Of a stretch of 40,877 nucleotides of DNA, positions 9,789 through 18,894 are shown piece after piece. The DNA comes from Vulcanimicrobiota bacterium (GTDB taxonomy: Bacteria > Vulcanimicrobiota > Vulcanimicrobiia > Vulcanimicrobiales > Vulcanimicrobiaceae): NCBI GenBank assembly GCA_003155175.1, contig PMFP01000085.1, positions 21,403 to 62,279 on the forward strand. Direction: 5' to 3'. Numbering within the stretch: the stretch's first letter is position 1; every line of letters starts with the position of its first letter. Both the position numbers and the translations under genes were made by a program. The notes below the pieces were generated by a model. That model was not told where the DNA came from. It searched no databases and saw only the letters and a program-made list of their open reading frames with translations.

Positions 9789-9863
9789 GCATCCTCCAGT
9801 ACCACGCCGGTGCCTCACACTCCCCGCGGGAGATGGCCGTTTGGGCGGCGCACGATACGACGC

Positions 9864-11267
9864 ATGGCCGAGGAGTCACCGTCTCCCGCCGCCGCTCCGC
9901 GGGGCTTCGACATCTTCACGACGTCACGTCCGCTCTGGCAGACGATGCTGGTGTTTCTCGTCCCGCTCATGCTCAGCAACCTGCTGCAGTCGGCGTCGGG
10001 TACGTTCAACAGCATCTTCCTTGGGCGCTTCATCGGCGTCCACGCCTTGGCGGCGGTATCGTCGATCTTTCCGGTCGTCTTCTTTCTGGTTTCGTTTATG
10101 ATCGGCATCTCGAGCGGGAGCACCGTGCTGATCGGGCAGGCCTACGGTGCGAGAGACGAACACAAACTCAAGCGTATCGCGGGAACGACGATCGGCGTGG
10201 GTTTCTACTTCAGCATCCTCACGTGCGTTCTCGGCGTCGTGTTCGCTCGCGACCTCCTCGAGATCATCCGAACGCCGTCCGACATCCTGACCGACGCGAC
10301 CGCCTACTCGCGAATCGTCTGGCTCTCGCTGCCCATTCTGTTTCCGTATCTGATCTACACGACGGTCATCCGCGGTACGGGCGACTCGCGGACGCCGTTT
10401 TACTTTCTGATCGTCAGCACGGCGCTTTCGGCAGTCCTGACGCCCGCGCTCATCTTCGGCTGGCTGTGGCTGCCGAAAATCGGCGTTCTCTCGGCCGCAG
10501 TCGCCAATTTTGCCGCGAGCTTCATCGCGTTCGCCGGGCTGCTCGTCTACCTTCAGGTGCTGCGCAGCCCGCTCCGCGTGGACCGCGAGCTTATCGCGGA
10601 CATGGTGAACGTGGATTGGGGCATCTTTCTCAAGGTCGTGCGCATCGGCATTCCGACCGGCATTCAGGTCGTGATGGTCTCGCTTTCCGAGATCGCGGTC
10701 ATCACGTTCGTCAATCGCTTCGGCTCGCACGCGACGGCCGCGTACGGCGCCGTGAACCAGATCGTCTCGTACGTCCAGTTCCCGGCCATTTCCATCGGCA
10801 TTACGGCCTCCATTTTCGGAGCGCAGTCCATCGGCGCCCGGCGCGAGGACATGCTGGGCGCCGTCGTTCGGTCGGCCGTCACTTTGAACTACGTCATCGG
10901 CTCGGTGCTTATCGGTCTCGTGTACGTGTTCTCCAACGACGTGCTCGGGTGGTTCATCACCGACGCTCCGACGCTTGCAGTGGCACACGAACTCGTGATG
11001 ATTACGATGTGGTCGTACCTGCTGTTCGGAAACAGCGCCGTGCTTAGCGGCATCATGCGTGCCAGCGGCGACGTGATCGTTCCAACGCTCAACGGCATCG
11101 GCGCGATCTGGCTCGTCGAAGTCCCGGCCGCGTACATCCTCATGCAACACTTCGGCCTCGCGGGCGTCTGGATGGGCTATCCGATCGCGTTCGCCGCCGC
11201 CCTGACCGCGCAGTTCACGTACTACACGCTGGTGTGGAAAAAGAAAACCCACGAGCGTTTGGTGTAG
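9864..11267 (+). CDS. MATE-family efflux transporter
   Basis: The track ORF (9483..) begins inside whiA. The plausible start is the ATG at 9864 (MAEESPS...). Then follow LWQTMLVFLVPLMLSNLLQSASGTFNSIFLGRFIG and about 12 hydrophobic segments, the typical MATE layout. Confidence 0.85.
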   Translation: MAEESPSPAAAPRGFDIFTTSRPLWQTMLVFLVPLMLSNLLQSASGTFNSIFLGRFIGVHALAAVSSIFPVVFFLVSFMIGISSGSTVLIGQAYGARDEHKLKRIAGTTIGVGFYFSILTCVLGVVFARDLLEIIRTPSDILTDATAYSRIVWLSLPILFPYLIYTTVIRGTGDSRTPFYFLIVSTALSAVLTPALIFGWLWLPKIGVLSAAVANFAASFIAFAGLLVYLQVLRSPLRVDRELIADMVNVDWGIFLKVVRIGIPTGIQVVMVSLSEIAVITFVNRFGSHATAAYGAVNQIVSYVQFPAISIGITASIFGAQSIGARREDMLGAVVRSAVTLNYVIGSVLIGLVYVFSNDVLGWFITDAPTLAVAHELVMITMWSYLLFGNSAVLSGIMRASGDVIVPTLNGIGAIWLVEVPAAYILMQHFGLAGVWMGYPIAFAAALTAQFTYYTLVWKKKTHERLV

Positions 11268-11285
11268 CGCGGTCGCGGGCCGAGG

Positions 11286-11642
11286 TTAGAGCCGCTTTTT
11301 CTCTTTTGGCGTCACGCACGTGCCGCTCGCCCGGCAAACGACGAGCGGAGACGCGAGTACGTCGGCGGCGCTGTCGCTGACGTCGGTCCGCACGGCGATC
11401 ACTTTTCGCGCTTCGAACGTCATGCGGCGCGACGTGTTTCCGACGCTTTCGATCCGGCCTTCGGCTTCGATGTAGTCGCCGGCGTAGACCGGGGCGAGAA
11501 ACTCGACCGAGTCGTAGGCGACGAACAGGCCTTCGTCTCCGTCCATGCGGATCAAGAGCTCCGTCGCCACGTCGCCGAAGAGCGCGAGCAGGCGGGCGCC
11601 GTCGACGAGGTTTCCTCCGTAGTGCGCGTCGTGCGCGCTCAT
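11286..11642 (-). CDS. hotdog-fold protein (resembles the small acyl-CoA lyase/thioesterase class, e.g. 3-aminobutyryl-CoA ammonia-lyase-like)
   Basis: 118 aa from the ATG at 11642: [65 protein letters not shown]. The upstream part of the track ORF (to 11963) overlaps the MazG gene and is rejected. The subfamily assignment is from memory only. Confidence 0.55.
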   Translation of the reverse strand: MSAHDAHYGGNLVDGARLLALFGDVATELLIRMDGDEGLFVAYDSVEFLAPVYAGDYIEAEGRIESVGNTSRRMTFEARKVIAVRTDVSDSAADVLASPLVVCRASGTCVTPKEKKRL

Positions 11643-11653
11643 GCGTAGCCGGA

Positions 11654-12844
11654 TCAGGCTGCTTGCGTCTTCGCGAGTTGCCACAATACCTCGAGTTCCT
11701 CCAGCGAAAGATCGGCGAGCGCTTTGCCGTCCGCGGCGGCACGCTCCTCCATGAAATGAAAGCGGCGGTAGAATTTCTCGTTCGCCTCGCGCACGGCGGT
11801 TTCTGCGTCGATGCCGAGCGCGCGCGAGAGGTTTACCAGCGTGAAGAAAACGTCGCCGAGCTCTTCGCGTACGTGCGGGTCGTCTTGCTTCTGGCGGCGC
11901 GCCTGTGCGAGCTCGTCGAGTTCCTCGACGAGTTTCTCGAGAATGCCCTCGACGCCGGGCCAATCGAAACCCACGCGCGAGGCTTTCTCTTGCATGCGCT
12001 GCCCGCGTTGCAGCGCGCCGAGGTGCTTCGGGATTCCGTCCAGCCGGCTCTTACGTGCGATGCCGGTCTTTTCTTGGGCCTTTAGCGTCTCCCAGCTCTT
12101 CCACTGCGAATCCACGTCTTCGATGACGGCGTCGCTGAAGACGTGCGGATGGCGGCGAACCATCTTGTTGGCGAGTGCGTCCACCACGTCGGCGACCGTG
12201 AACCTCCCGACTTCGGTTGCGAGCTGCGCGTGGAACACGATCTGCAGCAACAGATCGCCGAGCTCCTCGCAGAGCGCATCGAGGTCGCGCGCTTCGATGG
12301 CCTCGACGACTTCGAACGTCTCTTCGATGAGGTACGGGACGAGCGTGCGATGGGTTTGTTCGCGATCCCAGGGACAGCCCAGCCGCAAGCGCGCCATGAT
12401 TTCGATGAGGTCGGCCCACGAGTAATGGGACGATTGCGGCGGCAGCGGAACGAGCGGAACGGAAATCGGCGCCGAGAGTGCGGATCGCGGCATGCCGGGA
12501 ACGATGCTCGTCTCGACGCCGCGCGCTTCCAGCGCTCGCAGCAGCATCGGCAGTCCGGGAAAATCGCCGAGCGGCGTCCCGAGGACGCCGAGCGCGAGTT
12601 CCGCGTCGTTCTCGCCCATGCGGTCCATAAAATAGTCGAGCTCGTCGGACCCGCCGCGAACGAACAAGCCGGCGTCCCGGACGAGATCGCGCCTGATCGT
12701 GACGCCTTGCTCCTCTAAATAGGTCGTGAGCTCGGGCGGCGCGAGCAGAGCGACCGCGCGCCCCGCCGAGCGGAGCGCGTCGAGGCTTCCCAGCGTCAGC
12801 AGCGACGGGTCACCGGGGCCCAGGCCAATGATCTTCACGAGCAT
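11654..12844 (-). CDS. YabN-like fusion: N-terminal tetrapyrrole-methylase-like domain plus C-terminal MazG nucleoside-triphosphate pyrophosphohydrolase
   Basis: 396 aa. The N-terminus is [24 protein letters not shown] (TP-methylase fold). The C-terminal half carries tandem MazG EExxE/D motifs ([41 protein letters not shown]). Confidence 0.85.
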   Translation of the reverse strand: MLVKIIGLGPGDPSLLTLGSLDALRSAGRAVALLAPPELTTYLEEQGVTIRRDLVRDAGLFVRGGSDELDYFMDRMGENDAELALGVLGTPLGDFPGLPMLLRALEARGVETSIVPGMPRSALSAPISVPLVPLPPQSSHYSWADLIEIMARLRLGCPWDREQTHRTLVPYLIEETFEVVEAIEARDLDALCEELGDLLLQIVFHAQLATEVGRFTVADVVDALANKMVRRHPHVFSDAVIEDVDSQWKSWETLKAQEKTGIARKSRLDGIPKHLGALQRGQRMQEKASRVGFDWPGVEGILEKLVEELDELAQARRQKQDDPHVREELGDVFFTLVNLSRALGIDAETAVREANEKFYRRFHFMEERAAADGKALADLSLEELEVLWQLAKTQAA

Positions 12845-12889
12845 CTTGCGCGCTGATTCTCTGGCAGCCGGGCAGACCCCGCGGGCGAA

Positions 12890-12920
12890 TGGAAAGGGCC
12901 CCGGACGTCGTCCGAGGCCC
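12890..12920 (-). terminator. candidate intrinsic terminator downstream of the parvulin lipoprotein gene
   Basis: On the minus-strand RNA the sequence is GGGCCUCGGACG-A-CGUCCGGGGCCC followed by UUUCCAUU. The single non-Watson-Crick position is a G-U wobble on the minus transcript but a C-A mismatch on the plus transcript, which favours minus-strand function. The U-tract is weak. Confidence 0.4.
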
Positions 12921-12947
12921 TCGCGGTGCCCTGATGTGAGGCGGCCG

Positions 12948-13874
12948 TTACTGTTGCGGTGCGGCGCCCGGCTGGCCCGCCGCGAAGAGTCCCGCGAACT
13001 GCGGGTCGTTCGTTTGGATCTTGGCGCTTTGCATCAAGCTCTGCAAGAACGGCTGCACGAGCGGGCCTTCTTGTTGCTGGCGCAATTCGTCGGCGATCTT
13101 CGCGTGCGCGCTGGCAAGCGTGGCCTTCTGCGCCGGCGTGCGGCTCTCGACCTGGATCACGTGATAGCCGTACGGCGATCTCACCGGCGGGCTGATCTCG
13201 CCGGGCGTGAGCGCGAACGCCGCCTGATCGAACGCCGGCACCATCTGTCCGCGTCCGAAGCAACCGAGGTCGCCGCCTTTGGCTTTGGTTCCCGGATCGG
13301 TGGAGTACTGCGCGGCAACCGCTTCGAACTTCTGTCCGGATTTGAGCGCCGCCTCGACCTTTTGCGCGGTGGCGAGATCCGGAACCAGAATGTGGCGGGC
13401 GCAGACCTTCGCCGGCGTGTCGAATCCGGCGTGGTTCTTGTTGAAGAATTCGTCGATCTGCGCTTCGGTGACGTTCACGTTCTTTCCGACGGCGCGGTCG
13501 ATGATGATCTGGGTGCGCAACGCCGACTGAACGTCGTTCTCGGTCAGGCCGCGCGCCTTGAGCATCTGGTCCCACGATCCGGCGGGGAAGTTCGCCTTGA
13601 TCGTGTCTTCCTTCGCCGCGACGTCGGCACTGGTTACGACGATGTTGTTCTTGGCCGCGTACTGCTCGATGAGCTTCTCTTGCACCATCTGCTGCAGAAC
13701 CTGGCGCGCCATCGGGCTGCTCTGGAGCTTGGCGTCGAAATCGGCTTGGCTGATCGGGTCGCCGTTGACGGTGGCTACGGCGCCGCCGCTGCCGGCGCCG
13801 CCGGAGCATGCGGCGAGCGACGCGCCGAGTACCAGGGTAAAGATGCCCGCGACGAGGCGGTGGGATTTGGACAT
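12948..13874 (-). CDS. parvulin-type peptidyl-prolyl isomerase lipoprotein (PrsA/SurA-like)
   Basis: 308 aa. The signal peptide ends in the lipobox LAAC (MSKSHRLVAGIFTLVLGASLAACSG). The PPIC domain reads ARHILV...GGDLGCFGRGQMVPAFDQAAF...YGYHVIQV. Confidence 0.8.
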   Translation of the reverse strand: MSKSHRLVAGIFTLVLGASLAACSGGAGSGGAVATVNGDPISQADFDAKLQSSPMARQVLQQMVQEKLIEQYAAKNNIVVTSADVAAKEDTIKANFPAGSWDQMLKARGLTENDVQSALRTQIIIDRAVGKNVNVTEAQIDEFFNKNHAGFDTPAKVCARHILVPDLATAQKVEAALKSGQKFEAVAAQYSTDPGTKAKGGDLGCFGRGQMVPAFDQAAFALTPGEISPPVRSPYGYHVIQVESRTPAQKATLASAHAKIADELRQQQEGPLVQPFLQSLMQSAKIQTNDPQFAGLFAAGQPGAAPQQ

Positions 13875-13900
13875 GTGGGCTCCACTCGAGGATGGGGGTA

Positions 13901-13935
13901 AAAAAACGTGATAAAGCGGAGCCCAGGGCTCCGCA
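13901..13935 (-). terminator. hairpin plus U-run between mfd and the PPIase gene (terminator or attenuator-like element)
   Basis: The minus-strand RNA reads GCGGAGCC-CUG-GGCUCCGC, a perfect 8-bp stem at 13917-13935. It is followed by UUUAUCACGUUUUUUU, seen as the A7 run at 13901-13907 on the plus strand. The element ends about 26 nt before the PPIase ATG. Confidence 0.5.
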
Positions 13936-14032
13936 TCGCCTGGCAGATTCGCGCCGGGACCGGCCCGCGCCCTTTAAAAACAGGCTCCTTCGAGGACGAC
14001 CGGGGCGGGCAAGCCCGCGGCACCCCCCGGCC

Positions 14033-17000
14033 TTACATCGCTTCGAGCAGGTTGCGCAGGAGGGGCATCCAGGTGGTTTCGGCGGGTTCTTTTCCGCGTG
14101 CGGGCGGCAAATCCACGAGAATCTTGCCGTCGGAGAAGCGGAACCGGTTCTTGGTGAGCGCCTGGAACTTCGGCAGCATCGCCGGGTCCAGGGAAAATCC
14201 GCTGCCGACGCCGAGCGTAAGGCGGCTTTCGTCGACGACGACGCGCGTGATGCGCTTGCGTAAGGCGATGGCGCGCAGTTTGGTGAGCGCGACCAGATTC
14301 TCCAGCGGCGCCGGAAACGGCCCGAAGCGGTCGCGAACGCCGGCCGCTACGTCCTCGACGTCCTCCTCGGTGCGCGCTCGAGCCAGCTGCTGATAGACGG
14401 CGATCTTCTGCGAGACTTGCGGGATATAGTCGCTCGGGACGAAGGCGCTGATCTTCACGTCGATTACCGCTTCGGCGCGTTCCTCGAGCGTCGCACTGAT
14501 GCCGCGGCGCTCCGCGATGGCTTCGGCCAGCAATTGACAATACGTATCGAAGCCGACCGACGCGATGAACCCGGACTGCGCGGCGCCGAGCAGGTTACCC
14601 GCGCCGCGAATCTCGAGATCGCGCATGGCGATCTGCAGACCCGAGCCCAGATGGGTGAACTCGCGTATCGCTTCCAGGCGCGCTTTCGCGTCCTCGCTGA
14701 GCGCCTTGTGGCCCTGGTAGAGCAGATAGCAGTAGGCTTGATGGTTCGAACGTCCGACGCGGCCCCGCAACTGGTAGAGTTGCGCCAAGCCGAATTTGTC
14801 GGCGTCGTTGACGATCATGGTATTGACGTTCGGGATGTCGATTCCGTTCTCGATGATCGTCGTGGCGACGAGAATGTCGGATTCGCCTTCGATGAAGCGC
14901 TGCATGATCGGTTCGATCTCCGATTCGCTCATCTGGCCGTGCCCGACTTCGATGCGCGCGTTCGGAACGAGCTTGGCGAGCGCGTTGCGAACGGCGAAGA
15001 TCGATTCGATCCGGTTGTGGAGATAGTAGATCTGGCCGCCGCGGTCGAGTTCGGCGGCGATCGCGTGCTGCACGATGGCGTCGCTCATCGGAACGACCAC
15101 GGTCTTGATCGACATCCGGTTCTTGGGCGCCGTCTGGATGAGCGAGAGATCGCGCACGCCCAGCAGCGACATGTGGAGGGTTCGCGGAATCGGCGTTGCC
15201 GATAGCGTCAGGACGTCGACGCTGGCACGGTATTCCTTGAGCCGTTCTTTGTGCATGACGCCGAAGCGCTGCTCCTCGTCCACGACGATGAGTCCGAGGT
15301 CGGCGAAGGCGACGTCTTTTTGCAAGAGGCGGTGCGTGCCGATGACGACGTCCACGCGCCCCTCGGCAAGATCTTTGAGGATCTTCCGCTGCTCCGCTTT
15401 CGTTTTGTAGCGCGAGAGCTGCTCGATGCGGACCGGAAAGCCGGCAAAACGTGCCTCGAAGGTGCGGCCGTGCTGAGCGGCGAGCAGCGTGGTCGGCACG
15501 AGAACCGCGACTTGTTTCTTGTCGGCGATGGCCTTGAACGCCGCGCGCATCGCGACCTCGGTCTTTCCGTAGCCGACGTCGCCGCAGACGAGGCGGTCCA
15601 TCGGACGCGGACGTTCCATGTCGGCTTTCGTGGCGACGATGGCCGACTGCTGATCCACGGTGGGGTCGTACGGGAAGGCCTCTTCCATCTCGGCTTGCCA
15701 CGTCGAGTCGGCCGAAAACGCAAAGCCCTTGGCCAGCTCGCGTTCGGCGTAGAGTTTGACGAGGCCGTCGGCGATTTTTGCCAGCGATTCGGAGACGCGC
15801 GATTTGGTGCGCGCCCAGTCGGCGCCGCCCATCTTGGAGAGCCGCGCCGATTGACCTTCGGCGGCGGAGTACTTGGTGACTTGATGCATCTGGGTCACGG
15901 GCACGAGCATGCGATCGTTCCCCGCGTACTGCAGATCCAAGTAGTCTTGCGTCGAGCCCAAGACGGTCTCGGTCCGCAATCCCAGGTATTGACCGATGCC
16001 GTGCACGGCGTGCACGATGAAGTCGCCGACTTTCAAATCCCCGAGCGTGACGGGGACGCCTTCTTTGATCGCGCGTAGTTTGACGCGCCTCGGCGGCTGA
16101 CCGAAAATCTCGCCGTCGCCGAGCACGCGTAGCCGCAGCGAAGGCAGCGTAAAGCCGTATTCGACGTTGCCGTGATCGACCATCACGCGGCCGCGCTCGA
16201 GGTCCACCCCCGCCGCGCGCAGCAAGTCCGTCGTTCTGCCGACGGCGGAACTCACGATGCCGACGGTCTCGCCGGCGGCGACCCACTCGCGCACGCTCTG
16301 CGAGAAGAGCTCGACCTGGCGGTTGAAGCGCTCGGCCGGGCGGCAATCGAACGCGAACGACTCCCTCACGTTCGCGAGCCACGGGAGCCCGTCGCTATGC
16401 TCGATAGCGCCGGGCAGCACGATGCTGCGCCGTTCGCGCAGCGCGCGCCCGAGTTCGTCCAGCCTCGGACGCCGGGCGGCCACTTCGGCGAGCAGCGCCT
16501 CTTCGACGCCGTCGTCGCGCACCGCGAGCTCACCCGACGACGCGTCGGCCAGCAGCAACTCCGTTTCGCGAGCGCGCTCTTGGAAGAGGGCGTTCTCGAC
16601 CGTCGCGATCATCGCCGGCTCGTCGAGCACGACGACCGCGCGGGCATCCAGATAGTCGAGCAGGGTGCTGCGTGCGTCGAACGCCAGGCCGATCCAGGAA
16701 TCCGGAACGTCCCGGCCCGCGTCGAGATGCGCGGTCAGCGCCGCGCGCGCACCCGCTTCGCCGGTGAATTCCCGCGCAACGCGCTCGCGGATCTCCGCGT
16801 CGCGTGGAATTTCGGACCACGGAACGACGTCGAGCTCGGTCAGCGTTTCCACGCTGCGCTGCGACTCCAGCGCGAACGCGCGAACGCTCTCGATCGTATC
16901 GCCGAAGAACTCGATGCGAGCGGGCCGGTCCGCGCTTGCGGCAAAGAGATCGAGGATGCCGCCGCGCACCGCATATTCCCCCGCCGCGCTGACGACGTCG

Positions 17001-17545
17001 ACCCGCCGGTATCCGAGACGGTGAAGCCGCGCGAGCGTGTCCTCCCAGCCGGCTTCCGCGCCGGGCCGTAGCATGAAGCGCAGCTCGCGCAGAACGGCGG
17101 GCGGCATCGCGTATTGCGCGACGGCGGACACGGAAGCCAGAACGATGCGCGCCCTGCCGTCGGCGATCTCGCTCAGCAGCGTCATGCGCGCGCTGCGCTC
17201 GGACGGGCTCTCCAACGCACCGATCGCTTCGTCGCGCGGACGCAAGAGTGCGACCGTGCGAGGTTCGGGCTCTCCCAGGTAGTAGAGCAGATCGCCGAAG
17301 ATTCGCTCGGCGACGTCGGGCGTCGGCACGACCACCAGAATCTGGCCGCCCAAGGCGCGGTGCATCGCCGCGACGAGCGCCGGCCGCGCGGCCGCGACCG
17401 TTTCGTGAAGCGCGTACGCCGCGCCGGGGCCCGCCGCTCGAACGCGGTCGAGCAGCGTCGCGAACGAGCCGCCGGGCGCTTCCAGGCGTTCGAAGAGAAG
17501 GTCGCGCAGGCCGGACGTCGCGGTGCGCGTTGCGGTAACGGTCAT
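14033..17545 (-). CDS. mfd: transcription-repair coupling factor
   Basis: The real start is the ATG at 17545 (MTVTATRTATSGLRDLL...), giving 1170 aa. It shows a UvrB-homology N-terminus, an RNAP-interaction region (KVGDFIVHAVHGIGQY), Walker A (CGDVGYGKTEVAMRAAF), DEEQRFG and a TRG/helicase C-terminus. The 1577-aa track ORF is an out-of-gene extension. Confidence 0.95.
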   Translation of the reverse strand: MTVTATRTATSGLRDLLFERLEAPGGSFATLLDRVRAAGPGAAYALHETVAAARPALVAAMHRALGGQILVVVPTPDVAERIFGDLLYYLGEPEPRTVALLRPRDEAIGALESPSERSARMTLLSEIADGRARIVLASVSAVAQYAMPPAVLRELRFMLRPGAEAGWEDTLARLHRLGYRRVDVVSAAGEYAVRGGILDLFAASADRPARIEFFGDTIESVRAFALESQRSVETLTELDVVPWSEIPRDAEIRERVAREFTGEAGARAALTAHLDAGRDVPDSWIGLAFDARSTLLDYLDARAVVVLDEPAMIATVENALFQERARETELLLADASSGELAVRDDGVEEALLAEVAARRPRLDELGRALRERRSIVLPGAIEHSDGLPWLANVRESFAFDCRPAERFNRQVELFSQSVREWVAAGETVGIVSSAVGRTTDLLRAAGVDLERGRVMVDHGNVEYGFTLPSLRLRVLGDGEIFGQPPRRVKLRAIKEGVPVTLGDLKVGDFIVHAVHGIGQYLGLRTETVLGSTQDYLDLQYAGNDRMLVPVTQMHQVTKYSAAEGQSARLSKMGGADWARTKSRVSESLAKIADGLVKLYAERELAKGFAFSADSTWQAEMEEAFPYDPTVDQQSAIVATKADMERPRPMDRLVCGDVGYGKTEVAMRAAFKAIADKKQVAVLVPTTLLAAQHGRTFEARFAGFPVRIEQLSRYKTKAEQRKILKDLAEGRVDVVIGTHRLLQKDVAFADLGLIVVDEEQRFGVMHKERLKEYRASVDVLTLSATPIPRTLHMSLLGVRDLSLIQTAPKNRMSIKTVVVPMSDAIVQHAIAAELDRGGQIYYLHNRIESIFAVRNALAKLVPNARIEVGHGQMSESEIEPIMQRFIEGESDILVATTIIENGIDIPNVNTMIVNDADKFGLAQLYQLRGRVGRSNHQAYCYLLYQGHKALSEDAKARLEAIREFTHLGSGLQIAMRDLEIRGAGNLLGAAQSGFIASVGFDTYCQLLAEAIAERRGISATLEERAEAVIDVKISAFVPSDYIPQVSQKIAVYQQLARARTEEDVEDVAAGVRDRFGPFPAPLENLVALTKLRAIALRKRITRVVVDESRLTLGVGSGFSLDPAMLPKFQALTKNRFRFSDGKILVDLPPARGKEPAETTWMPLLRNLLEAM

Positions 17546-18894
17546 GGGGCGCTGATTATAGCAGAGTCCGCGCTCGTCGCGCGCGGCCGGAACAGGCGGA
17601 GGAGCGGAAGGCTTGCCAGAACGGCCAGCGCCGCCGACGATACGGGCCCGAGCGTTGCCGCGACGTCGGGCAGATAGCGCAGCGGCGTGAGCAGGGCCAG
17701 GAGCATCAGCGTTTGCGAAAAGCGTCCGCGTGGGGCGAGTAGCGCCGCCGCGACGACCCACAGGCCGTACCAGGGGTACGGATTTGGAATCAAGAGCCAC
17801 GCGCCCAGCGCCAGCGCGCACCAGCCGTCGGGCTCGCCCTTCCGGAGCATGAGCGCGCCGTAAGCGGCGCACGCTGCTGCGGCGAGCGCCGCCAGCGAGA
17901 TTGCCAACTCGGGGCGGAAAGCAAAGATGCCCTGGAACGAGGCTTGCGGGTCGTAGTGGCCGCGGCCGGCGATCTGGTGCACGATGCCGTCGGCCCACGG
18001 ACGCAGCATCACGGAAGCGAAGAACAGACCCGCGAGCGCGCCCAGCCACGCCGCGATCGCGCGCTTCCGCCCGCCGCCGCTCGCCGCGATCGCGATCCCG
18101 ACCGCCGCGATCGCGCCCGGAATTTTGACGAGCGCGGCCAGGGCGGCGACGAACGCGGCGACGCCCGGACCGTAGCGGCGCAGCGCGACGAAGGATGCGA
18201 GGACGATCGCCATCATCACGGCGTCGTTGTGCCCTTCGGCGGCCGTCCAGATCAAGACGGGGTTCAAACCGATCGCGACGGCCGCGGCCACGCCGCGCGG
18301 GCGATCGCCGCCGGCCGCGAGATACGCCAACCCGGTGCATGCCAGCAGCGAGACGGAAGCCAGCAAACGGAACGCGTCGAGTTGCGCGCGCACGCCCAGC
18401 GGAGCGGCAATCTGCACCAGCACGCGCGCGATCTCCACGAACAGCGGACCGTACACGCAGACCGGCGGCGGATTTCCCCACTGCGGGAACGCGGCCTCGA
18501 AGACGGCGTTCCCGTGCGGCAGCACCTGGTGGGCGTACGGATTCGCGCCGAGGCGTGCGAGTTCGCCGTACGTTGCGTAGGCGTAGACGTCGCTCGAGAA
18601 CCAGACCGGAAACAGCCATGCGGCGCATAGCGCCGCGGCGCCGGATGCGAGCACCGCGGCGATCGATAATCCCGGTGCGCCGCGCAGCGCGGCGACGTAG
18701 GTGCCGGCAGCGATCGCCAGCGTAACGGCAGCGACGCACCACAGCACGGCGCCGAACGCTCCCCAATCGGTCGCGACGGGGAGCGGCTGCGAGAGGATGC
18801 TCGCGTGAATCGCCGCCGGCGCCCAGCGCAGCGCGATGCGCGAGGCGATCGCGCCGGCCACGAACGCGAGCGGGATTACGGCGAGGGCGCGCAA
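17542..18894 (-). CDS. polytopic membrane protein, probable GT-C-fold glycosyltransferase (GT87/DUF2029-like)
   Basis: Highly hydrophobic with many TM segments. The loop motif after the early TMs, FSSDVYAYATYGELARLGANPY, and the later HNDAVMMA resemble polyprenyl-phosphate-sugar-dependent GT87-type enzymes. The start is uncertain (TTG at 18894 or GTG at 18861). The stop overlaps the mfd ATG (ATGA, 17542-17545). Confidence 0.5.
   Translation of the reverse strand: MRALAVIPLAFVAGAIASRIALRWAPAAIHASILSQPLPVATDWGAFGAVLWCVAAVTLAIAAGTYVAALRGAPGLSIAAVLASGAAALCAAWLFPVWFSSDVYAYATYGELARLGANPYAHQVLPHGNAVFEAAFPQWGNPPPVCVYGPLFVEIARVLVQIAAPLGVRAQLDAFRLLASVSLLACTGLAYLAAGGDRPRGVAAAVAIGLNPVLIWTAAEGHNDAVMMAIVLASFVALRRYGPGVAAFVAALAALVKIPGAIAAVGIAIAASGGGRKRAIAAWLGALAGLFFASVMLRPWADGIVHQIAGRGHYDPQASFQGIFAFRPELAISLAALAAAACAAYGALMLRKGEPDGWCALALGAWLLIPNPYPWYGLWVVAAALLAPRGRFSQTLMLLALLTPLRYLPDVAATLGPVSSAALAVLASLPLLRLFRPRATSADSAIISAP

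Noticed and set aside
9483-9863. 127-aa extension of the MATE ORF
   Set aside because: It overlaps whiA and the S4 gene on the opposite strand. The transporter's first TM region follows shortly after the ATG at 9864.
14595-16382. 595-aa minus-strand ORF inside mfd
   Set aside because: It is on the same strand as mfd but out of frame. It has an Arg/Asp-rich composition and no motifs.
17546-18766. N-terminal 407-aa extension that would make Mfd a 1577-aa protein
   Set aside because: The extension is Arg-rich nonsense. It reads through the membrane-protein gene in another frame. A canonical Mfd N-terminus begins at the ATG at 17545, which forms an ATGA overlap with the upstream gene.
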